DNA of 55,286 bases, filler included, from Sphacelaria rigidula (lineage: Eukaryota): NCBI GenBank assembly GCA_964200075.2. It is 6 parts of 6 records of this genome, joined end to end, with 100 filler letters (N's around TTAATTAATTAA, not from the genome) between each part and the next. Parts side by side here need not be neighbours in the genome. Positions count along the whole stretch, not along the records: positions 1 to 9,132 come from CAXNAA020009221.1; positions 9,233 to 18,364 come from CAXNAA020009222.1; 4 more parts are not named here. One strand, 5' to 3'. The notes under the pieces were generated by a model, which saw only the letters and a list, made by a program, of their open reading frames with translations, was not told the DNA's origin and did no database searches. The position numbers were made by a program, and so were the translations under genes. This document shows, one piece after another, positions 1-12,500 of this stretch (the stretch's first letter is position 1; each line of letters opens with the position of its first letter).

Positions 1-2600
1 GTTTGCGCTCGTCTGTGGCGAAGCCACACACGTTCCACGATCCTATTCTCAACTTCCTACGGAGCGAGGGGGGGGGGGGGAAAGAGGAGGCGAAATATGG
101 CCATCACCGGGTTGACTGATATTTTAGCGATCTTTCGGGCGTATGGGTCAAGCACCAACTGTTCAAAACCAACAATGGTTTCGACTAAAAAAACGCCAAA
201 GAACGTAAAACACACAAAATCAAATCGGACATGGTTAATACCGTGGCGGCGAGGGTAGTCCATCGGGATCCAGATAGACTACCCCCGCGGTTGAGGATGA
301 GGGTCCCGTACAAGCATTACAATCCAGACCCATGGGACAAATGAAGTATTCGTTCAAGAACATAACCATTTATAGCAGTTGTAAAATAATATCATTTCCC
401 TGAGTATTCAGCAAGAAACGTTCCTGGGCTGCTGAGAGGCCAATTTTTTTCATCTGTCGAGTGCTGACATGACATGCCACTTGTTCGTATCCACTTGACT
501 TCAGAGTGCGTTGTTTTCATATCCGAAGACCCTCAACAACAGATTACGTTGTCACGAAGTGTGGCGTGCAGCATCGAATCTACTGTCGTTTATTGCAATA
601 GACGATGAATTCGGTCCTGTAAACAGTACACTTACTTACCTACCGGTGCAACCTACTGACAATTGTCCAGGGTGTCCATCTCTCGTCAGCACTCGAGAGA
701 CATTTCGCTTGACTTTTTTTAGGTTGGAATCTGTTTTTGCTTGGGTTCACAGTGCATTTGCTTCCCGCGCTGTGTTCTGCATGGCGTTACTGTATGGCAT
801 TGCGATGCGCTCCGTTCGATGCGTCGGGCGCGTTTACGGTGTGCACTCGTCTTTGTTCTTCCCGCAACTAGACGTAGCATGCGGCTACCCTTTTCGGCTG
901 CGGCAATCACGAGTGCTGTGACACAGTGACCGTTTCAAACCGTTGACCGCCGGAGGCGTCCATTTGTGAAATCTGCATCATTGTCAGATGTGATGCTGTA
1001 ATCCCCCCTTTGTGTCCCTTGTCCGGATTGAATGCCACCTGTCATGACGTCATCTGCGAGTACCGGAGATACCGCCCTTGAGTCCTCCAAATTATCTCTG
1101 ACGTAAAAATTCAAAATTGAGTCTGCATCATGTTCACTCGCGAACAGGGGGGGAAAAATATTAATATTAGACAGTTACTTGAGTGGCCGCTCGAACCCTT
1201 CGACCGGGGGAGGTGTCCATGTGTGGAATCGGCATCATGTTCAGTTGAGAGCTGGAAAAAATGACAGCAAACATTGACCTACACAGCACACGTAGGTGTA
1301 GACAACCATAGTGCTCATGGGGTCGACAACATTTGTCGTGGCGAATTGCGTTATATCCGTTTTTCATCAACAGTGCAATGATGCCCTGCACTGTACTGTA
1401 ACAGAATAATGTCACATACTACCGGGAGTTCTCATGTATTTTGAAACTCGATGCATTAAGCGTGGCGGCGACAAGTGCCAAAACCCTTGTTTGAATATAT
1501 ACTAGCACAACATATATGTTCACTGAAATCTCGTGTTTCTCACCTTTCATTTTTTACGCTGCGGACGCCGTCAGAGGATGGTCGTGCCGTTGTCAAACAT
1601 TATTTCCTCGAGATTCCAGCTTGCGGTCGTATTTTCATATCTACCTTTTGACGCATCTTCCTCTGGCGGGGTTTCCTTACTCTGCGCATATGTCATCATT
1701 CGGAATATATTCCGAAAAACTGCCATCCCCCATCCAGTTTCCAGATTGTATCGATTATTGTCCCTCAAGTTTAAGATGAAATCCTGCGAAAACTTGAGCA
1801 GTGCACGAGTGTGAGTATCTTACTCGAGTGACCCCACAGCCGCCGGTGTACCCCCAAAGGCCTGAATATCCACGTAGAACCCTGATGATCAACAGAACCC
1901 TGGCGCCCCGATTCCCGGCGCCCTCACTTCCTCCTGCTGAGGGTTGGCGTCAGCTGGCGACGACGCCGTCAAACATGCCCCTCACTGCGTAAGCTAAGCT
2001 ACCAGGTTACCGGGTTTTGTTACGCTCGCGTCTTTTTTTGCGGTAACCATGATGGTGGTCGAGCTGGATCATCTTGTGCGCGGTGGAGAACTTGAACTCT
2101 GCGCAAAGGGGATGATCTTACGACGTACTGTTTATATGGTGAGATACCCATGAGGCCGTGTGTAACTGCACGAGAGCCAGGGCTAGAGGGGAAGGAGGAC
2201 GCGGAGCACGCTTGGAAAAAGCACAAGCAGCTACCTGCGACGGAATAGGACTAGTGACAATACAGGACAGTAGCAATAGATTTAGCGAGGCTCACCAGCG
2301 CCTTGCGCGCGCTCACCTTAGTCATTTTACCTTGACGGTGGGCGGGAGATGGGATGGAGGAGGAGGAGAAGGAGGAGGAGGAGGATTACGGTACAGTGTG
2401 GTGGGAAGCTCGCGTGATGATGGGAAAGCAGCGAGTGACCATAGGAACGCTCCCTCCATTTACACAGAACACAACCTGACCCCTCCTCCCCCACTTCCCC
2501 TCCCTCGCCTGCCCACACGTTACTTCTACACTACGGTATCTCCGCTGGAAAGACGATCACCATGCCGTGCGTGTTGTCTTGCGTACGTCATGGATTTGTA

Positions 2601-2660
2601 GATTGATTGATTGTCGCACTTTAACTGGCCACCCACGGGTCCAGCCGTGGTCGCATGATA
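2601..2660 (-). mobile_element. Non-LTR retroelement 3' end with (CAAT)n tail
   Basis: Shares an exact CCAGCCGTGGTCGCATGATA and (GATT)n with 29570-29642. Confidence 0.6.
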
Positions 2661-3636
2661 GACGAGTGTTGCATTTCCAGCACTAACTGCTACATTTTAA
2701 CTGTTCCGAAAAATAATCGCCTTTTGATTTCGTTGCTGAAGGCAGCATCCATGGATTGGAATCATTGGCGTCCTACTGCAAAGGTTTGGGAGCGGTGCCT
2801 AAATCTCGTCAACGGAACACCGTGGCCGAAGTTTGATGTCCTTTAAAAGCAACTGCCTCGACGATCATTGCGTTTGAAACGGGTTTCTAGAACGATCTGT
2901 GCCTCCTGAAGGCATCTACTTTCTTGCTCCGACACTTTTGTGCTACTTATTTTAGTTTCCTTGTATCGGAACAATATGTACATGGACGTCCAGAATCTGC
3001 GGATCATGAACAGTCAGTCCATTGCGGAGATTGCGAAGAGTTGACGAGACCATATATATGCCGCAAATTATAGGGTACGGCAGACGATGACAACCTTATA
3101 AAAGAAAATACCGGGACGTCATATCATAATCAGCTTAGTTCAGGACACGGCCCACATCCAATACTGAATGTGCAGTCTTGTGCTGACTTTCAAACACGAA
3201 GCGCAGGCTGATCATCATGAAGTATGCACTCAATACAAGTGGTATGGCAACTGTCTTCTGTGCAGCATAGAGCAAAAATGTACAGCGATGTGTAGCACGA
3301 GGCTCGGAGGGATTGGATTCGCCAGTTAAAGCCGTGCGCGGCGAAACCGATGTGCTTCGTACATCGCTTTTACAGAGCTTTTTGACCACACCTACCTTCT
3401 ATGCCGAGACGAACCCCACAGAGTTGACGATATATCTACCCACACACGATCCACTGAGACAAATCCACTTGCTATGGATAACCAAGACACATATCGACCA
3501 GTACACCTTGTCTCAACGTGAATCAGGCCGTATACACACCGCTGCTGCAAACTAGAAATACCCAGGCACACAAAACCATGAGCAGCAAAAATCATACGCC
3601 TGCGTGAGACAACGAGAACAATCCTGGCAGTGAGCC

Positions 3637-3695
3637 ATGGCTGCTAGCGTATCCTACGCCTTCCTAGTGGTGGTATCACTGGTGGGCAGCTCAGC
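3637..3695 (+). CDS. Candidate first exon encoding a signal peptide
   Basis: gccATGG context, MAASVSYAFLVVVSLVGSSA, followed by a consensus donor GC|gtaagt. No convincing downstream exon found, so possibly a pseudogene. Confidence 0.35.
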
Positions 3696-4708
3696 GTAAG
3701 TTCCGTGCAAACTTGGTGCAATCGCGTTTCAGATGCCAGAATAGAAAATGACCGACACATTTGTAAAATATGTTATCCTGTTGTGGCTCAGCGATGGTAT
3801 GTTTTATCGAGTCTGCTGACTCTGCCGTGCCTTATTCTTGAAGGCTTGGTATGCAAAGTGACACTAAATCAGTCTGATTAGTACCGACTGGTTCCCCGTT
3901 TTGAGCAAAACATCACCCAGCAGCGAATACCTTCCGCGATACCTACCCAACAGTCGCGTACATGGTATCATACTGACCACCATTGGCCACTGAAAAGGGT
4001 GACATAGCCTGATTTTCGTCTAATCCTTTGACAGCGACCCCCCCAGCAGGTGGACTGAGATGGAATATGAAACATTTGGGATTTAAAACAGCTCTTTTCT
4101 CACAACACAAAACGCCTCTTTCAAAATCATGTAGATGTGTGCATCCATGAATAACTGAGGCCCGGAGAACCCCGGACTGGTTTTGACCCCGCGGTCTAGC
4201 GTGCAGAGTCAGTGTGTGTGCTGTATGTCGTCGCTGGTTACGACGGCAAGAAACATTTAGCGTGCCATCGCTCTCCACTCAACACAACTTGCTGTAAGCT
4301 GCTGATGCATCTGCTTAGTGTTTTACAACGACAGTGAGAGAGCTATGCTGGCAGCACATGAGGGGTCAGGCAGGCGGCACAGGCCACGAGCAGAGTTCAA
4401 AAACACGTTACTTGTGCCCTTGTAATCTATGATTGCATTGTCGTGACCAAAATGAGACATACCGCTAGACAGCGAAGTAGTCCACCTGTAGCGAAACAAA
4501 GTAACCATTTTGATAAGCTGTGATTGGTCAGAATGGTCACTCTGCTCCTCTCGGACCTCGTTCCTGGCTTATAATTCTCCGTAGGAAAACTTCCACACGT
4601 TGGACGAGCACGAGTTTGACTCGCGGCACTCACACTCGTTGGCCTGCTCGTTGGCGGTAAAAATTAATAGGGCGAGCACTCGAGTCATTGCTCGTGATGA
4701 ACGACTTG

Positions 4709-5152
4709 AAACATCGTTTTCGTGAGATTGAGAGTAGAGCGCTGATTGAGAGTGGCCTTGATCATTCGCGTTGACTTGACCAATTTCCCATTTCTTGTGT
4801 GCTTTTCTTTGCCTCGATCACTGGCGTGTGCTTACAGCTACACGTCGATATCCCACTCAGGGATATTACGGGCCTCAGTGGCAAGCTACTACAGAAAGCA
4901 TACTGTGGGCCTCGTGGAGGGGGGCGTACTCATTTGTTGCTTGCCTTAGTCATTTGACCATTGACCACGCATCCCTTTCGAGACGGAGCACCGTTCCTAC
5001 TCCTAATAGAGACACCTCCAACATTCTGGCGCTCATTACTTTCCTTGGGCCTCGTGGAGGGGCATTTCGGAACTGAAACGATTAATTCACTAATTGCCCG
5101 CTTTTTAATCTCAGTCGTATCATCTCCTCTCAATTTCACGAAAACATTGTTT
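4709..5152. mobile_element. MITE family A copy, interrupted by a poly(C)-tailed retroposon
   Basis: TIR AAACATCGTTTTCGTGAGATTGAGAG / CTCTCAATTTCACGAAAACATTGTTT; colinear with 42014-42313 apart from a 140-bp insertion. Confidence 0.85.
4923..5045 (-). mobile_element. Poly(C)-tailed short retroposon (longest copy)
   Basis: 17-bp TSD TGGGCCTCGTGGAGGGG (4906-4922, 5046-5062); core GTACTCATTTGTTGCTTGCCTTAGTCATTTGACCATTGACCACGCATCCC on the + strand. Confidence 0.85.
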
Positions 5153-5454
5153 TGAGTAGAGGAGTCAGCAATTCGACGAGCAAATATTCATAATGAGCTC
5201 TTCGACGATCTTGAACCTAGAATCTTCAAGTACATATGCATATTATCTGCACATGTACAAGCATCAAGCACACGATGGTGGGGAGAGGTGCGACAAACAT
5301 CCCATTGTGGGGAGTCCGGTCCCAAAGGGGTTAGTACGATTTGTAATGGTCAAAATATTACAATATTCTACCGTTGTTTCACCAGGCTTCCACCATGTCT
5401 CGCGCCTCACTCGCCTATCGCTTCAGTGATGGATGATTGGTCCTTGGGTTGTCC

Positions 5455-5926
5455 AGAGAAGACGCAAGCAAGCGAGTCATTGCTCGTGATAGAAAAAACA
5501 GATGACTCGAGCAAGCTAGTCACACCGTGTGAAAAAGTAAATGAGTCGAGCAAACGACTTGGTAGCTCGTGTTGGGAAAAAACTAATAGGGCGAGCACTT
5601 GAGTCATTGCTCGTTGCGAAAAAATGTTACGAAGGCGAGCACTCGAGTCATTTCTCGTTGTGGAAAAAATTAATATGGCGAGCACTCGAGTCATTGCTCG
5701 TTGTGAAAAAAATAATAGAGCGAACACTCGAGTCATTTCTCGTCATGGAAAAAAAATAATAGGACGAGCACTCGAGTCATTGCTTGTTGCGGAAACATAA
5801 TAGGGCGACCACTCGAGTCATTGCTCGTTGTAAAAAAAAGTAATTACTCGAGCACACGAGTCATGCTCGTTGTGTTTTCGAAAAACATCCACGAGTGCAC
5901 TCGTTTTGACAAGCAACGACTCGTCC
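5455..5926. repeat. ~40-bp minisatellite with palindromic core
   Basis: About ten units of AAAAATAATAGGGCGAGCACTCGAGTCATTGCTCGTTGTG; one more unit at ~4660-4697. Confidence 0.8.

Positions 5927-5956
<30 letters not shown>
5927..5956. repeat. (GTT)n microsatellite
   Basis: Read directly from the sequence. Confidence 0.9.
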
Positions 5957-5957
<1 letters not shown>

Positions 5958-6603
5958 TCTTCACGTTAAAAAGTCGTTCCGGTATCTGCGCAGTGCTGTA
6001 CTGGGCATCTGACTCGGACGTCTTCCGTGGTCACAGGCTACCACCCTATGTTGGGTTAAAAGGAAAATCAGGAAATAAATGTGTGAATTGATATTGCCAA
6101 ACAAACATGGTTGACTTCGCGAGCTTTCTGCGAATAGGCCCCCACCCGCTGTCGAAAACCATCCCCCCGCCCGCCGGAAATCCCCGGATGTCCCTGGACT
6201 GTCAGCCTGTGAAAAGGTTCCGGGACGATGCTCGCTGTCTAAGGGTTTAAGGCCATAGGGGCAGCGCTAAGGGAGAAAAGGTGCCCCGACCAATCAGCGA
6301 TCTTCAATTCGTCCTGAAGTTAAAACTACAACTATCCAACAAAATATCTGACTGTACTGTTTGTGCTCTATGCTGCCACTCGGTGTCAACCTATATCTCC
6401 ATGCTTCACTGACCGAACCTACCTCTTGCTCCAAGTTTCCTTGCTGTCGCTATTGCTGCTGCTGCTGCAGCGTCGGCGGTGGCGGCGGCCGCTACCCCTC
6501 TCATGGCTCATGTTATCTGTTTATTACAGTACTACGAAAACCACCATGAGCAGCAAAAATCAAACTATTGCGTGAGGCTAGGAAAAAAACTTGGCATGAA
6601 GCG

Positions 6604-6662
6604 ATGGCTGCAAGCCTTTCCTATCTCTGTGTGTAATGACAGTATCTAGTGGGCAATTCACC
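6604..6662 (+). pseudogene. Disabled paralogous copy of the 3637-3695 exon
   Basis: Same 59-nt ATG-to-gtaagt spacing; MAASLSYLCV then in-frame TAA TGA. Flanks ~6540-6745 align with ~3572-3755. Confidence 0.45.
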
Positions 6663-8209
6663 GTAAGTTCTGTGCGATCTTGGTGCACAGGTTTTGTGCC
6701 AGCTGTGCATTTTATTTAAGATGACAGATTGGAAAATGACCAAACTACGTGAGTAGCACACCAACACGAGGTTCACGTCAGATTAATCCAATTCCTATCA
6801 TCGACGATACTCTGCGGCATTGTATGCTGCTATGCTATTTTATATCTTGCTGAGCTGTATTTTACAGACATACTTAAGTAATGCACTACTTCCAAGTACC
6901 CTGGAGTTACAAACTACAATATTGGTGCTTACAGCGCGGGTCTGAGTGTAGAGTCCAGTGTGACGAGTTCAGCCTGACGTTGGGATTCTGTCGTGGCACT
7001 GCGGTCCAAGAGACGGCAGGCTTCCGACCGTCTCCAGTTGCCCCACAGCGACTTTTTTTGTCACGCGGTGCAGTTTTCGTAGGAGGTCGTGTTTGTAATT
7101 ACTCGGTGGTACTGTTCAAATGCACCACGCCGGCGAGATTTCTCGGTAGGCAGACATTTAGATAGGATATACGGATTGCGTCATGGACGTGCCCTTGGCT
7201 CGGAATGACCATTTGGATATTGAAGACAACGAGGCAGCACGGGAAGGGTCGCCGACACAACCAAGAAGGACGGTTGCTGCAAATCCAGGTGCGGTTTGGG
7301 TAAGACCAACTATGTGACTCCACTGCGGTGTTATGTAGTGTTGCGTTTGCATGTACGATGATCGATGCGATGAAGGATGAAGGAGATAGCGTACTTGCAA
7401 ATTCAAAGCACAGGAGAAAATAGCGTGCCTTCTTTTCCAGACAGAGTTCAGCACCGAGACATCGAAGGAGTGCAGTGCAGCGTAGCACCGAGATACGTGC
7501 TGTATGTACGAGCACTCTACACTGGAGTGCTGAGATGTCCCACCAGCAGCACAGACGACAGTAAAGGGTATCACAGCAGCCAAGAAGAGCGACCCTGTCC
7601 AGATAATGATGGTTGTGATGATACCGCATACTATATAATGTAAACTGTCCGCATCAGACGACTTTTGCGGAAGTGTCACTGGTACAGTAGGTTCGTCGGA
7701 GATGCCACCCTGGTTTGTTGTGCAGTATATTGCACCGGAGCGCTCCGCGCGCGTTTCAGTCATAGTCTGGACACGCCCCATAGACGAGCGCGTGGGCACG
7801 ACACGACACGAGTCGGTCACATGATCATTTATAAATTACCTTTTCAGCACATGCACGTGATGATCGTGGGTAGTAAGCCAACTGTCTGTTATAGTTTTCA
7901 AGACGGAGCGCGACTGATGTGGAGAATTTCTCAGTTGAGAATCTCAGGCTCGTTTTTTTCAAAATTTCAGATGGTACGGGTAAGTATTCATCCTTAACCT
8001 CAAGGGGAACATAATAATTAGAGATCAGAAAATGCAAGGGGGACGGCAGGTAAGCACCCGCAAGAATGCGTTACACCCCAGAATGATGAGAAACTGGCTC
8101 TACAACCACCACGGCTACATCAGGTCCCCAAGCAAGCTGCCCCCTCTCTTTAACTGCACTGATCTCTACTGGGACACCCCATGGATAATGACGACCTGCA
8201 CAAAAATCC

Positions 8210-8393
8210 TACAGTACTGTATCTGTATTGTGTCCCGATGCTATCTTTCGGAACAAGACTGGTTTACATACTGCCTGCTGCTGGCACACGGTACAGTACT
8301 GTTCTGTATGTTGTCCCGATTCTGTCTTTCGGAACAAGACTTGTTTACGTACTGCCTGGTGCTGGCACACGGTACAGTACTGTATCCGCAGTC
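8210..8393. repeat. ~81-bp tandem duplication (2+ copies)
   Basis: TACAGTACTGT at 8210, 8292 and 8373; CTTTCGGAACAAGAC...GCTGGCACACGG repeated. Confidence 0.8.
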
Positions 8394-8519
8394 CCGTTTG
8401 GCAGAGTATAAGAGTAGAGCGCACCTTGGATACCCCCTTCTCCTATGCTTGTGCACAATAAAATGTTCAAAATGAAGTATTTGGCTTTTGGCACCTCTTC
8501 GAACAAAAAGAATTGAGAT

Positions 8520-8637
8520 TTAACCCTTTCGGAACCCATTAACGATTTCTGTTTTTTGTGAATCGGCATCATTTTGACTTCAAAATGAAAGAAAATGATA
8601 ACGATTCACAAAAATAAGAATCGTTGGTGGGCAAAGG
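8520..8637. mobile_element. Small hairpin MITE, piggyBac-like left end
   Basis: Starts TTAACCCTTT; AACGATTTCTGTTTTTTGTGAATCG pairs with CGATTCACAAAAATAAGAATCGTT; right end degenerate. Confidence 0.45.
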
Positions 8638-9132
8638 CTATGACATTATACATGGGTAGTGCACTTGTTTCTGTTCCGATTGTCCGATACTTGAATATAT
8701 ATGAAAATAATCAAAAATAAATCGTCTGTGACCCACAGACGGTGCAGTTGGATATATATACAAAATGTATACAAGCTGGGCCGGCCAAGACGCTGTCAAT
8801 CCGTCAGACGGCCATAACTCTGCTTCTGCTACGTTGTAGGTCATTCCGAAACCACCGCTGAAATCGGGGAGTCACACCTAGAAGCTACAGCTCTCCAAAT
8901 CCTGCATAGAGCACGTTCTGCACTCGAAGAGTCATCGGCCAATCACAGCGCGTCATAGCGCGGCGCGATTGAGGCATGAAACGGTCATTTTCGTGAAATT
9001 CCTGAAAAAAAAATGCGGCGCAATTGTAGAAAGTGACAGTCACGAACGGCAGCATCAGCAGCACAGCAGTGTCTCCCCTGCAAGAGCTCGCTGCTGACCT
9101 CGCGTATGCCAGGCGCTATGCGGTGGGTGAAG

Positions 9133-9232
9133 NNNNNNNNNNNNNNNNNNNNNNNNNNNNNNNNNNNNNNNNNNNNTTAATTAATTAANNNNNNNNNNNN
9201 NNNNNNNNNNNNNNNNNNNNNNNNNNNNNNNN
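9133..9232. other. Artificial contig linker
   Basis: N44-TTAATTAATTAA-N44 (stops in all six frames). Confidence 0.97.
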
Positions 9233-9424
9233 TTTTTTTGGCGTTTGTTCCCCCGCCAACACCCCCCCCCCCCGGGGCGCCCGCCGCTTTTTCTACCCCC
9301 CGCCGCCCCCCCCCCCCCCCCCCCCCCCCCCCGCCTCTCCCCCGCGCAATCCGCTGCACCCCTCCTGGTGTCTATACGGTCATGTGCGTGTGTGTACACG
9401 TGATCGTGCGTCGTGTTGCAACAG

Positions 9425-9559
9425 GTGAACCTAACGACTTCGCCAGGCAATCCCGTGCTCACGTGCCGCGTCAACAACAAGTATGCCTTCGTAGAACTCC
9501 GCTCAGCCGAGGAATGCACGAAGGCGCTCAATCTCAACGGCATTCCCTTTATGGGGCAG
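9425..9559 (+). CDS. U2AF2: U2AF65-like exon (first RRM, C-terminal half)
   Basis: acag|GTG AAC ... GGG CAG|gtgcgt; VNLTTSPGNPVLTCRVNNKYAFVELRSAEECTKALNLNGIPFMGQ. Confidence 0.9.
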
Positions 9560-12500
9560 GTGCGTTTATTTTCGTTTTTTTGGGGGTGGGCGTACTCATT
9601 TGTTGTTTGCCTTAGTCGTGTAGTCGTTTTTTTGGGGGGGGGGGGGGGGGGCAGGTTATTGGTTACCCCTTATACACGCAGGGTATGTGCTTGATGTGTA
9701 TATTCAATCCTGAGTGTCTATTTTTCAGCCCATGCGGTGAGCATGCATGGCACCGTCGGGGTGTTGAGCGTCTGCCCAAGCTCTCATCTGGTTACTGAGT
9801 TCATATGCAACGGCGTGAGACACGCGTGACACCTCGTTTGTTGGGTTGGGATTTTTCTCTTCTGCCCAGTGGATCCCTTTTTGGTTTCAGTACTTGTTGC
9901 CATGTGCACACAGGGATACATATGTGCAGGGGTGCGACGGTTGGCGAGGCATTTTTTTTCAGGCGACATAATCGGACCTGTCACTGTTTGATTGTTTACC
10001 TACAGTATCAGTCTTACAGATCCCCAAAACCGCTGATCTTCGCGAGATGTGAACTCTGGAGCGTTGAATGCCAAAGTTGATTGAATTGATCGTTTTCCAG
10101 CATTTCACCCTCCCTATTCCCTTCCCCCCACCTTTAACCTTTTTTTTCGGCCGTCAAAGGGTCATGACCATGACTCCCCCAGTTGTACCCCCCCCGTCCG
10201 TCCGTCCGTCCGTCCGTCCGTCCTCGTGCGTGTTTTCTTTTCCCCCTCACCCATGCTCGCCCCTGCAGAAAAATGAACAACTCCTTCGCTGTATTTTGTT
10301 GTGTTTTTTCCGGACGCATGTGTGGCTGAGAAGGATAGTGTTGACCGTTTCCTCAATATGTATTTTTTATCTGATATCTTTATTCGCTCACAGATGCTCA
10401 AGATCGGACGCCCGTCCAAGTATCAGGGTCCCATAACACCAGCATCGACGTGGCAGCGCCTCACTGGCCAGGAAGCTGCTGACAACGTGGTCGACCCCGC
10501 CACCAAGGTTTACCGGTGAGCTTCGTTTCTTGGATAATGAAGAAAGAAGGAAGTTATTTTTATTTTGCCTTCGTTCTACTCCAGTTTTGGTCAGCGAATT
10601 CGTCCCTTTTATTCATTCTGTTCGATCGAGGACGCTCTGGGCTAGTGGGGGAAGAGGTGTACAACCGTTCCACTCAGAATGGTTAATTCAAGTTGTTTGC
10701 TGTCGAATCTACTGTTACGCTCCGTTCCGTGTTGGTATTTTTCCCGGCTCGGGAATACTCTTGCTGGAGGGGCGTAGTGTGTGAAAAGTACGTGATGTTG
10801 CGCGAACGACTACGGTGCTGACGGTGTCACCGTAACCTGTGAAGGTTGGAGCTTGTTTTGAGTGAGGTAAAAGGAGGTACGCCGTGGCAGCTAGCCGTAG
10901 CTGTGACTCTTGTGCTGTCTCAGTGTCGTCTTGTCTGGAGATGCGGATCGCTGCAGAAAGCGGGGTTCATGGGACATGTCCCTAGTGTCCCTTGCTTGCG
11001 TTGCATTCGTTGGCGATCGAAAGAAAGTCCGCAGCGCCACAAGTGCTGGATCCGTCAACCGCCAGGGTAGGCCAACCGGATCTGCGTCATATTTTTGAGC
11101 GAAAATGACTTCGCTATTCAACAGATCACAACTCGTAGCTGCCAAGGGGTTGGGGTTGTCCATGAAGGGATGGGAAGTGAAGTTCATAGCAGGTGGTGTC
11201 AGCGAGATATGTAATTCTGGTCGTTCACATGTCAACGTATGAAATTATCATCGCCCTTGTCCTTGCCGACGAGACTTGTTGTCCACTTGCAGCGTGTTGT
11301 GTTCGGTTTACGTCTTCGTTCGGGCTAACCCAGCCCTATCCTCATCAATTTGCGTGTCGTTGGGTACCGACCACGGCAGCCGTGAATTCTTTTGAGCTTT
11401 GTGAAATCGGGTAGAGGTGCGCTGGTGATGCGAACGCCGTGTGGTTTGCGCTGTCGGACATATCGCTCTTTCAGCTGCATTGCTCTGCAGAGCAGCGCCG
11501 TGCTACTTCATGAGTTCCGTATATGATGTTTTCGAGATGTGCAAGCTGCTGAGAATATTCAATCCCCTCGGAAGTGTTTGATTCTACTGTAGGTGAAATC
11601 GATACTCACAGGGGTGCATAATTAGCATCTATGCGGACTCGAACAAACTTTTCTGCGGCCTAACGGTTTTTAATTTCAGTTGTGTATTCTCAATTGTTTT
11701 TACTCTTTTATTGTTCTTCGTGAAACAACCCCCACCCACAGGGAGCTCTACATCGGAAACACAAGCCCCGACATGACGGACATTGTGCTCAAGGACTTCC
11801 TCAGCAACACCATGGAAAAGGTAAGTCGTTGTGTTGAGTGGAAGGGAGCGGGGGGGTGGGGGGTGCGGGGTGTACTCATTTGTTTGTTTGCTTGCCTTAG
11901 CCGTCTGGTCATTCACCACGCATACCTTTGGAGACGAAGCACCGTTCCTACTCATGATGGAGACGCCCCCAACGGGGAACGGGAGGAAGGGGAGGAAGGG
12001 GGGACAACGACGACGACGACAAAGCGTTGGCGTATCGCCTTCGCCTCACTATTTTATGGGCACTAGCTGCACTGCAAACGATGCGCGGAATAAATCCTAC
12101 TGTCATCACTGAAGAATCTCTCGCTTCGCTCTGTTTCGAGTGCGGCAGCACGTTTTTCTTTGCACGCCTTCATCTCCTTCCCTTTCTCGGGGCCAATCCG
12201 TAGTGTTGGGGGATCAACCTATCCCTCCCCGCGCACCATCGTGCAAATTTACATCTCACGTACAAACATGCACACAAAGCCAGCTCTTCACTGCATGATG
12301 TAATGTACTCCGAACCCCTACGGACTTGTCTCCAATTTATCCACGTCCCAGGTTGGGTTCTCCACCAAGGCGGGGAGTCCGATCATCCATGCGCGTGTGT
12401 CGGGTAACTTTGCGTTCGTCGAGTGCCGGTCCGTGGAAGAATGCACGGCGCTGCTGAACCTCAACAACATCCCCTTTATGGGCCAGGAGCTGAAGATCAA

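Noticed and set aside
4950-5022. Self-cleaving ribozyme within the C-tailed element (CGTCTC-GAAA-GGGATG hairpin)
   Set aside because: There is a GNRA-capped stem but no hammerhead CTGANGA core or recognisable HDV fold.
5455-5926. CRISPR-like array of palindromic repeats
   Set aside because: The units are contiguous, degenerate and lack unique spacers; the context is eukaryotic with no cas genes. It is a minisatellite.
8930-9132. CCAAT-box promoter for the U2AF65-like gene
   Set aside because: It lies on a different contig from the gene, and a lone CCAAT is not sufficient evidence.
9177-9615. Gly/Pro-rich ORFs in the ORF track (also at 36619-36878)
   Set aside because: Artefacts of intronic C homopolymers and the N linker.
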